Part shown: positions 13,477-25,400 of the stretch, in pieces
Numbering within the stretch: position 1 is the stretch's first letter
Layout of the letters: each line of letters begins with the position of its first letter
Assembly (NCBI RefSeq): GCF_964204645.1
Contig: NC_134026.1
Span: 28,554,150 to 28,618,149 of the forward strand
Reading direction: 5' to 3'
DNA from: Tubulanus polymorphus
Lineage: Eukaryota; Animalia; Nemertea
DNA: 64,000 nucleotides
Made by a program: the position numbers and the translations under genes
Notes under the pieces: generated by a model
Databases searched by the model: none
Seen by the model: only the letters and a program-made list of their open reading frames with translations
What the model was told of the DNA's origin: nothing

Positions 13477-16400
13477 TCACACACGTGATTCGTAACGAAA
13501 TTCGGGCATCTTTGCGCGTGGAGATGTTCCACGTTGTCTGACAGCTTTACCGCTATCTAATAAACCGGCATCTATAACAGTATTACCTGCTTCACTGACA
13601 CATATACCCGGACCGGCTGAAGCTGGATCATTGCGGATAATGCCATCGTACGGTTCAGAAACAACCGGTGGAAGTGAAGTCGTCCGTTTTGCCGATTTCT
13701 TCGAGCTTTTACCACGTTTTAGTCTCTCCTGCCCGGGAAGCCCGAAACATCCTTTCCTTATGACCATCCTAGCGTTGCCGATGGCGGGTCGTGAACCTCC
13801 CGGTGCAGTTAGGTCGCTGAGGTGTGAGGCGTAACCTTCAGACAGTATCTGGAAATTAGAATATTAATGCACCTGGTACTTCGAGAAAAAACTTTCAGAA
13901 ACTTTCGTCACACCTGACGATGATCTCTAGGGTGAGATCGAAACGTCGTGTCTTTTATATATTTTAGATTTAATAAATAAATTCTGGTTTTTAAATTCTT
14001 TTAATCTGTAAATAGTGGTATTTTATCTTATTAAAAAACTTTCAGATTTTCAGGTTCAGGTTTCGAGATAGAGGCTAGGGGAGATTGCCAATGTTACGAG
14101 TGTCACTGATCACAATTTTTTGTGGTTATTGGGCATTGAAATATTGGGCATTTATAATAAGAATTATAAATACCTCACAAAATTTACTGTCTTTACGAAT
14201 TCTAATTTTGTATATAGTATATTATCTATCAACCATGTCTGAGAGTGGCTATTCTACTAATATTATGACCACGTATCTTACCTCTGCCTGATTGTGCTGT
14301 TTCTTTGACGCTTTACCAACTATATATATTTGATTAGGTTGTAACCCGAGTGCCTGGTAAACAGATATATCTTTAGCCGACCCATACGCTCCACAAATCT
14401 CAATTTTACCCTGTAAGAAACAAACATTGCATAATTAATTCCAGATTTATTCACATTCGGCAGGCAAAATTCAAAGCGTTTGAATTAACCTCATTGATTA
14501 ATCCACGTAAGAAGTTTCCTTTTTGTCTGAGTGGATCTGCAGACAATCCATCCATGAACGAAACCATGCCATGCGGGAAGTTATGCTGGGCCAGCCAAGC
14601 TACAACTTTCTTGTGTTGCATGTCTGGTCTTGCTGTTATATACAAAATAAGATACCCGAGTTCCTGCCAATGTCTGAAAAAGTTAAAACAATCAACTAAA
14701 ACTATAAGATCTTGTCGAATATCAGAGATTATCTATGACAAAACCATAACGATTACTAACAGCCATAATCAGCAGATGATGCCTGTTAGTTAATAGCCAA
14801 AACGTTTTGGTTTCATTTCATCAGATCTTCAAAATTTTCATTCATCTACAGTTGAAATGGATAAGAGCGTTTTACCTAATGAACAACAATGTTTTACCTG
14901 ACAACGTCGACAGCTCCGGCCCGAACTTTTGGGTCTTTACCCATAATTGACATACTCGCGGTAAAGGAACCATCAATACTAAATACGATAGACTCTGTCT
15001 TAGGAGGCAGAACTGACAAATAGAAATCCACTGATGTGTGATCTCCCCTGAAATAAACAACATCCGATAGTAGTTATGTCATTCATTCCATCATATAAGG
15101 TACCATATACCAACAAAATCAGATTGATAATACAAACCTGACGACTATTTTGATAGGGTACATGCCGAGACTGAGTTTTTTATCATCGGGTATTTGATAT
15201 GTTATACGTCCGTTACTATCAGTGACTTCAGTACCGAAATATTGCCAATCACCCATCGGCGGTTGGGTCATTACGTGAATATCGACCTTTTCACCCGATA
15301 ATGACACCATATCCAACGGTCCATACATAAACCTGGCGGTCAAAATCTGAGGAGCATCCTCTACCACTATACAGTCATTAGCTCGATGATTCGGGCCAAC
15401 ATTCTGTAATATATATGTATGTTATCATGATCAAATCAAATCTTCAGGTTTGTGTCAATAGATGATAGCAATTCTGCACTATACAGGCATTACCCTGATG
15501 ATTTGGACTTGAATTCCAGTGATCAAATATCTAAGGCCGAGTTTCAGAGATGTAGGGGCAAAATAATTTTGAAAAATTTGAAACATTTCCAAATCTATCG
15601 GTTACTACCATGGTTTCACATCGTTACTATGGTGGGTGTAACCCAGGTTGAGGATTTACCCCTAGTGGTAACTTTGATACCCAGTCTGCGAAACTGCACC
15701 ACAATTTCGATTTTATCATTTGTTGATTGCAATTCCTCCCCTTCTACGTACCCTCAATTTGATTGTAGTTCTACGCTTGATCCATTTCTCACGCGGCTGT
15801 GAAGGAGTAAAAACAGCCACTTCTTTACCACCATGACTAACACTGGCACTTTCATGTCTTACAACCTACAAACGCATTACAGTAAATGATACATTCAATG
15901 TCCAAGATTTCACAATGTTTGACTGGTGCTGCTGTCTTTCAATAAAGACTTTAATTAATCAAAAATTTTATTTTACCGAGGCGTAGAGGCAGTGAAGGGT
16001 TAATATTTCGAGACACTGACCTGTCTGAGAATGAATGCCACGACATCGCTTGATTCCCAGTAACTAGCATGAAATAAATGTGGCAAAGCATTGGTCGGGA
16101 ATGTATGTAGTGCCTCCGGACAGTACAATGCATAGTCAATACGCTTAGTACCCCACCAACACTTAGTTACTGAAACAGAGATACATCAATTACTGAAACA
16201 GCCATTACTGAAATAACAACCGGCAGACAGGATGATTACACAGTACACTACTTACTAGCTGCTATACTTGACAGGTTTATTTCACCATGTCCCGAGATCT
16301 GACTTACGATACTCATATTGCTTGTTCTTCTCTCTAACGTCGGTTTATCTTGATTGTGCTCGAACAACATCTCCGCATTACTCTGAATGGTCTCCACTGC

Positions 16401-19400
16401 AAATAGATACCGTATATTTTCTCAAACAATGAAATCTCGCAATTTATTTTTCATCATTTCAGTTTACATGATAGGTTTTTTTTACTATATCCGGTTACAT
16501 AGTTCTAAATATTCCATGCATAATTGATTAAAAAGATTGATGACATATATATATATATATATATAATACGTCGGATGGCAGATGTATGGTAACAGGTGAT
16601 AAGACAAGATTTTCAGGACAAGCCTAGCAGCTGTATACAGATTAACAGCATGCAGCACTACAATCTCATCATCATACTGGAATATAATAGAGAAGTTTTG
16701 GCTCATTCCACATATCAAATATATAAACATAATATGCTTCTATTTCTATGCATGTTTTTATATTCACACTGATATCCAAAAGCTGTATATACCAGAAACC
16801 AACTTCCCACGCATAACAAATGAAAATTATTTCTTCAGAACTAGGCCTATACAAAAACACTCTTGAAGATTTTGCTGAAACTAATGCATAGTTTTTCCAA
16901 ATGATGCATAGCACAACTTGCAAAGTATAGATTAGAATAGTTCTGACCGTAGCAAGCTAGTGAGATGAATATATAAATATTGGAAAACTTCATTCATTGC
17001 TCTTTCAGGCAAAAGATTCAAATATCAAATTACAGCAGTTCACAAAGTTATCCAATCAGAAGAGGGTGCGAAGCAGGTTCAAGCCAATTTAGGGCTTTGA
17101 CTTACTAACGTACAAGAAAAGTATTTGCTCTCAGCTTCCACAAGTACGTCAAAATCTAGATCTGTAATACATGTAAATGTATCTTCACATTGAAAAAAAG
17201 TTTCCATGAATGTTTTTTACTATGATCAGGCAGGTTTTGATTGGTTGCAACCAAATTCTCTTCTGGCGCGTTCGTTTCGACCAGAATATGCTCTACCTAT
17301 TCTGAAATAGCATAATCTGTAAACTGGACAGAAGCGACTGGTATAGAGTTTGTATAATCCGGGATTGCTTCTCCTAAACTGGAATAAGTTCAATCGAAAC
17401 CTGCTTAAGTCAAACTGGCAACTGATAAAATGACAACAACGATATGCATAGTAAGAAACTTAATCTCAATAAACAATAAAAGCTAACAAAATCAATTTGC
17501 TCGAATCACGTAACGACCATTAAGAATAATCGAAGCTAAACTAAAGCCGATATCTGCTGTTTAGAATACCGATAGAGGCCAAAATCATATGATTCCAGTA
17601 GATACAACGTATTATCTCCAACCATACAAATACTGAACCAAAATCAAATCGAATGGCCTTAGATAACTTACCGACGTGAATAGATTCACCGTCGCCGAGA
17701 GGATAACGGTTATACCGAGCCGTTTTCAGAGGAGAAACGTATTTAAAACGTTCATTCAGAAGCGGTTCAATACGAGATGCCGAAGGATCGGTCGGATGAA
17801 ACAAATTGTATATCTGATGACAGTGCGGTCGCGTAGGAGCTGAAAATAGAATCGAAGATGAATTGTGAGCTTGCAGACTTACCAGACCTCAATAGATGAC
17901 AAATTCGAATTTTGATTTCTGTGATTTCGGTTCTTTTTTCATATTTTTGTTTAACGTGGTACAACTTACTATGTTTGTCTTCGGATAAAATTCTTCTGAA
18001 CGCTAACACTAATCCCAACGGGGCGCCGAACATGAAAAAGTCCATAACCTCGAAGTCCAACCTTTCGATTTCTGGATAAACTAAACCGCGAGATGTCGGT
18101 AAAGATAAATGTCGAGTATACGGTGAATTTGGCACTGATTGATGACGGGTTCGTTCACAGTCTACAGTCTCGCTTCGAAATCTTCTACTATGGTCACTAG
18201 TAATATCCTTCACTTCCTCGGTAGGCGTAAGGTCTGGATTGCTGACGCTTAATTGTTTAATCGTCTCTAGGTTCGATTTCTTGAATACCGGTTGATTTTC
18301 GCCGTCTTCGTGGTCGCTCTCGTGAATGCTACCGTGGCTGCTGTTGTGACTGTTTGCGCGACTGAAACTAATCGCCTGACACAAAGCGTCGTAACCAAAT
18401 ATCGAACCAACTGAATCACCGACAAAACACACCTTGAAATTTAAAAAAAAGTAATTTATAGATTAGAGATAAAGATCAGTTTCAATAGAAACACTGTCCA
18501 TCTATATACTAGAGAAAAACCCACAATCAAAAGTATAATGTTACATCTCAATTGCAATGAGCCATCAAAAATCATAACAAAAAGCTTTTTAAACTGACTT
18601 GTAGCAATAGAGTTGAGATATTAAGATAACATTTATAGTTTTCATTCAATTGTGGATTTTATCTAATAAATTGAAAGATTGCGGTACATACCTGTCCACT
18701 GAATCCTCTGCCCTCTTCTGATCGTAAAAACTCATGATACACGTGGTTGGCTTTGACAATAACTTTTGACAGACATTCTCTATAATCATGAGCAGATGTG
18801 GTTAATAGAGGAATAGCACCAAGAGGAATATAATCATTAGTTACGTGAGTCGCACTGCTGTCTGTTGTTAAACCAGGTGATTGAGCATCAAAACTATACG
18901 GACTAAGACTGAAAATAAGAGAACAATTGTTCAGCAATAAATTTTGGGTAAAAGTGATTTCAAAGGCAATCAGGTCATAATAGTTGCAGTTCTGATTCTG
19001 AATAAAAGTCAAAGACGATTTAAACATTAAGTCTAAAATCCACCATTGAACCAAAAGTTTGTTCAATGTCTGTATTATTTTGAATCGTAGATAGCAATCC
19101 AGATGTTATTGTAGATTTAGTGCTGAAATTAGCAAAATGAATCTACTGCAGATTTACGAGGAATGAACTACTGGATAGATTCATTTATTCACCTGGATAG
19201 AACTGAGAGAGCCTCAGTACAGACGGGAGGACAGGGCACCAATCTCAAGGCGATGTGACTGTGAGCTGATGGATAATGAGCGCGAGTAATAGCATCGAAT
19301 GTAGTTCGAAATGTGCCGATGTCAGTGCGTTTGGAGGTCTGTTCCTGGCCAGTTTCTAAAATACTTCCTACAAAATTGTATGAAGAAATAAATGTAAAAC

Positions 19401-22400
19401 GCATTGCTTCAAATGATTTTGATAATAATTGCAAGTTTTCAGACAGTGTTTAATATATCGTTAATCTAAGAAAGTACCTTTGTCTTATCGACCAAAAAAT
19501 CTGAAGTATGTTTCCATACTATATACAACATATATCGATTTCAAATATCAAATGTGAAACTCAAAAAATATAAATCAATTATTTCAGTGAATTATCATTT
19601 ACCGTTACAACATAAAAACTGAATTTCTGACAACATTTCTATTCAAATCGCTATCAGCTACGGGAATTGAAGATTCTAGAAATCTAAATTTTTAGCCGAG
19701 CAGAAATCCACGATAGAAAATACATTAAGAAATAAATACATTGTACTTCTAGTAAGCCAACAGTCTATTTCAAAAGGTTTAGCCCTGATTTCACTATTTC
19801 CAAGATTAGACATCGATTAAACCATGGACGTATAATCTAGTTTATACATCCATGATTAAACTATGGATTCTACAATATTCAATCAAAGTCTTTGTAGTCC
19901 GTAATTTTTTTCTCAAAGCTGAGACGCCAGCTTTACATGTAAACTACAGATCCACTGGTTTATGACATCACTCCGAGTCTGTGATATACGCGTAAACAAC
20001 AAATATTTTAATCTAAAATCAATAAAATCTACACATCAACACATGTGTTCAAATCAGTGAACAGTGAGAGAAGACAAAAATTGGCAACGGATTTGCCAGT
20101 GGAACTGAGTTTTGTGACAGCCACCAAAACATCCAAACAGTGGCCATAGTGAAATAGTGTACGTACCCGTAAATTCATCCTTACCTCCGTGAAGTACGAG
20201 AAACAGAACTGAAGTTTTACACTGAAACGTCGTATTCGACGGGGTCTGCGGAGGACCCATATCGATGCTCTGCGACGCCGGACCATGAAGATGTCGGTAA
20301 TATTCCAGTTTCCGATCAAACGATGAAGTGAAAAAATCTATATGAAATAAGAAGTAGAATCAAATACAAAAAAAAAAACACAGGACAACTGGTGAAGTTA
20401 GATGATACCTAAAAAGAGCCCAGTTCTCAATTTGAAATATAACAATGTATTAAAAAGTTTTAGTTTCCATCCCTGCTTAGCGTACTGTGAGCAGGTTTGA
20501 AGTCTCTTTTTCTCGATTAAGTGGGAAGAGACTTGAGATGAAACTTTGCCGTCACCAGGAATTGAACCCATATCAACCCTGGATTGACATACGAACCTCG
20601 AAGTTGCTTTGAGACACATAGATATACGTGTAGAAAATATCAGGCTTCATTAGGAATTAATCTATTAGATTTCAAGTGAAAAATATCTGAAATGAGCATC
20701 GATGTGTTTGAAAATACACTGAATGACCTATAGAATAATTGGACACAGCTGATGAAATGTTGAACTCATTAATTAATGACTTTCATGAACAACAGACTGC
20801 GGTGATAGATAGATACAGTGACACTGTAACAGATGACTGATTATAACACAGCTGTATATGACTCAATTAGTTCATGTGCGTTAGGTGTCTTTTATATACA
20901 ACATCGACCATTGATTGCTGACAAGTGAAATACTACGCAGCAAATAAATTATATCCGAAATAACTCACAATATGACTACAAATAGTTGCCATTAGGATTC
21001 ATCGATGCGATTGATAAACAAGATAGCCAAGATTGCTGGTGGTTTGTTAAAAACTAGGCTTTTTTGCTACCTGTACCAAATATCAGTGATTTCAAATGAT
21101 AATGGAATTCATCTAAGTCTTTTCATGCCTTAAGCATGTTTGCCAATGATTAAGATTTCCATGGTTGAAAACATTGTAAATCCACTGAAAAATGACCCGC
21201 AAAATCAGCAATTAATTTTTGGACATTGGGCCCTGAGCAGACCACTAAAGATGACAACGAAATTTAGCAAGACTAGTATTAAAAGTGACGACTCACTAGA
21301 ATCTTTAACTTGATCTGCCGGTGAACAATCACTGAACGCTTCATTAACCATTTCCATAGACGAAGTTCGATACAGTTTAGAAGCTGTACGATGTAGACCG
21401 GCATCTTCCACATCTAAAACATTCGGGCAAATACGTTATTCAAACAAATCCTTTCGCAATTAGATTAAACTCGTAATACATCGTCATCAATCGGTTTACT
21501 GTACCTTCAGCATCAAAGAATTCATCATCAGAACTTGAATCTTGTAGCTTCTCGATACTATCAACTCTCCAATCTCTGTCCATCGTTTGAGCTACATTTC
21601 TATTTGATCCTGAAATATATAACAACCACACAATTAAGTAACTGTACACTACTACCATAGTTGAAATAAGTAAATTTTCAATTTCTTTTTGAAAACTCAA
21701 AATTGGGATTATTCCTCTTATCTATTCGATGGTTGATTTAATTTGGTGCCACTTACAAAGCGAACCCACAGCGTCTGCCAGGAATGAAACAGGGGAATCA
21801 AATTTTAAGAATTATGGAACTTGCCCCAGCACTTTTCGGTAAAACAATGATACAATCATCATTGTCCGTATTCAATGTAAGTTTTCAACCGCGATGAACT
21901 ACTTACCTGCTTTTCTCATTCGATTCGTTCCCCATGATATTTTCTTCGTCGATCCTGATTCGGAGAGTTTTCGAACTTTTTCTTCGGATGATTTTAGCGC
22001 AGACGGACTGGCGCTACTGTGATTCACCAGCTCTTCATCTGTGTTCGGTAGCTGATCCTCGGGCACTTCTCCATTCTCTAAGAATTGACTCATTTTCTCC
22101 TTTAAAGCTTCCTGAGTTTGTCTTTCCAATTCACGAATGTCGTCGATTGTTAAGCCATAATATTCATCTTGCCAAGCCCAGGCCTGCCTGTGAGCTCGCA
22201 ACATTGTCTTTCTCAAGCCTAAAACATTCACATAACACATGTAATGGTTTTGACGATTCTTAAATCGAGTTGAAAATGCATGTTGAGTTATAGCTCTGTA
22301 TTTTTTTAAATATAGATGTTGGATCTGCAGCTGTTAATGTAAACACTTATTTCAGTTTTGCTACGATTAACATTGCACAATATAAGTATAACCCCGGTAC

Positions 22401-25400
22401 TTCAGCGTGCTTACCAATATCATGAATAAATTTCTCTATTTTTGTTTGCATGCCCCAATATTTAAACTCCACTCGGCAAAGCTTATAAGCGGTCATTATT
22501 TTTTTCGTTGTCGATGGATTTTCATTGATTTCTTTCACGTAATCGAGTCGCCACGTCTCGGTCAAAGGACCGCGGCCGGTTTTGTCCGAAAAGAATATCT
22601 TTGGGTCCTCTTCTCTGCGATAGTCGCCACTCGAAATTGGGTCGAGTACGATATCCAGAAAATCTGAAATTACAGTGACTTTTCATATAACGAGTTGTGG
22701 AGAAACCGTGTTATTCTGGTATCAAATCAATCGATGTGATGACAGATACTACTTCGAGGGTTAACTAGATTTTTAGTATAAGCTTTCCCTACGAGTATAT
22801 AGTCTAGTCTATACACTAGTAGCATAACACAACTACTATATACACTAACAGTGAAAGCTTGAACTTTTAATAATATCTAGTTAAACTTTGAAGTACTATC
22901 TGTCTTCACATTTACCGATTTTTCATGTACCGGTACGTGAAACATTAAGTGCTTGCATTGCTAGAGCATTTCAATCAATCTATCGGACATCCTGCAATCG
23001 TTTCATAGTCGACCAGTACATTAATGGTTCATAATTATTGAAAGCAACGACAGTGTCTCCATAGTAATTCAGCTCAGTCAATATTTATGAGGTAGCATGA
23101 AAATATGCCCAGTAACAATTAATGGCACAACTCAAACTATGGGTAGATGATATCATAGCCGCGTGCACACAATCGCTAGTTAGTCCCTTCTTATTTGGCC
23201 TGTACCTAGATTTTTAGAACGGACCAAATCAATGCTGCGCGTTCATACACTGAAATTAGCTATCATTCCTGGTCCCGAGAGATGCAATATTGTGATTGAG
23301 AAGCACAGTTTCTATTCACACACGGAGAAATGGTTTGTTGCGAAATCTAGAACAGTAGATCAGTTTTTTTGGGGCCGGACCAGATCGGTCGATTCTAGTT
23401 GAACGGAGCTATTTAGAACGCTCGCTTACCTACAGTTCTGTTCCTTAAATCTGTATCTGATAATTCAAAAACGTTTTCTATTTCACCTCCGTCGTTGATA
23501 TATCTAGTTTCAATCTCTAATGTAAATCTCTCAATGAATGGACACCTATAACGGGTTTTTGTGTATGGGTAAGCATTCCAGGCTTCTTCTTCCACTCGCA
23601 ATGCATTCTTCGGCAATATTGCTTTCAACCAGCCTGAATTGAGAAATAAACGGTATATCAATTGAAGGTTTACTGTTCATGTACTGCTCACATCAAAAAT
23701 ATTGAAATATGAAGAAATGATAAGCAAATTGAAATGCCTTTCGATAAAACTGTAACCAGGATTTTCTGGATGAGTAAACCCTGCTTTGCCCTAACTAACC
23801 CTAGATTGAATCTGATACAGTGGGTTAGCTCTTTTTACACTGTTTACCGAGAATCTCAATCACCGATTAGTAAAATGAAGGAATTGATGACCAATTTCTG
23901 GCCGGCATAGAGCGTTTCCTACCAGACAACGCCATACTGCCAATACCACTGTCACACATAAGATGGACAACTTGCTTCGAGTCGGTTTCCAATTGTAGTT
24001 TTTCTTAAATGATTGATCGCAATGTTGAAAGCTCGGTGAATACGCAACAATTTCATCGGGACTCAGTCATTTTTCAATTTATATCAAATGCCTTTAATTA
24101 TGTGCCTGTTTAGGAGCGAACAAAAAAAACTCGCCGCACATTGATTAATGATTAACGAAACATAATGAAATGGAAACTCTGGTGAAACGTGGTACCGCAA
24201 CAGCAGGTGCTTCATAAAAGTATTTAGTTGCATTATAATACTGACCAATTCTAAACTCCCAAGAGACCAACAAAGAGAGAGAGAGAGAGAGATCAATATA
24301 CATGTAAAGGAATGCGATCTAACTGCAGATGGTCTTGATAATCTGATCGATAAACTTAACAAGACCAGAGCCGATATACTACAAGGTTATCTTCAACAGA
24401 AACCTTCCAGTTTAACCTTAAGTAATCATTACATTTATGGATAATTCCACGATACGGGAATGAGACGCTCTCTCGAACGCGTTCTCGTCATCAATCGACA
24501 TAATTTTCCAATTTAAATGTATGTAAAATGCGAGCGTGAAATCAACATAAACATGTTTGAACCGTGTAACTACGTTCTATAATTCAGAATTGATAATAAA
24601 TTGAAATTAGCATTCGCAGCGCGATGATGTGTACATGTAATACCATCCAACAGCTAGTTAATCTACCTGCAACTATCGGATTTTATTTTGTTTAACCTTT
24701 GCCGCTGGTATTCGAAGGATAGCGTATAAGTTACCGCATCACTAGATCAATTGCTGCTTTATAGTGCTATTTATATTTACACAGGGGTTTATCTCAAACA
24801 ATTGGTGCAAAGGAAATGCAGTCAGAAGTTGTAAACCTGATTTATGACATCATAGAAAATATCTTTTATATAAGCAAAACCCCCCAGCAAACGCTTTCAT
24901 ACATAAATGACCTATTCAGGGTCCCTACGTCATATCCTGGATGTAAGGAGTTTTCAAGGATTTTATAGGAGAAATTTCAAATTATCGAGGAAGCATCTCT
25001 CATCACTTCCATATCCCAATTACAGTACACTACTTCCAAATCAGTACTGTTTATCTCATTCGGTCGTATTATAAGCAAATTTTGATCATACACACTAACT
25101 AAACTCGGTTTTTAATTTTGTAACGACCCAAAATGGGGCGAAAAAATTCCTGGTCTCAATTTTACCGATTTCTAGGCTTAGTCCACTGTACAACTATAAA
25201 ACTACATAGATAAAAATTTCTAGTTGCCTGTTTTTCAAAATTGAAGGAGTTTTAAAGGAGTTTCAGGCATTTTGCTCAAATTAAAGGAGTTTCAAGCATC
25301 TTTAAAAGCATTTTCCATTTAGAAACATTTTCCATTTAGTTTTTAAGGAATCAAGCTGTCGTAGGGATCCTGGTATATCGGTCCGACAAAGATGGGAAGA

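Noticed and set aside
16167-16214. Three tandem TTTCAG|TAA acceptors before PITPNM exon 14
   Set aside because: Only the 16169 start keeps the frame. The other two hit a stop, and this is probably a local micro-duplication.
23785-23812. Telomerase RNA template (CTAACCCTA)
   Set aside because: Intronic, with no recognisable pseudoknot or H/ACA domain, and similar patches recur in repeats.
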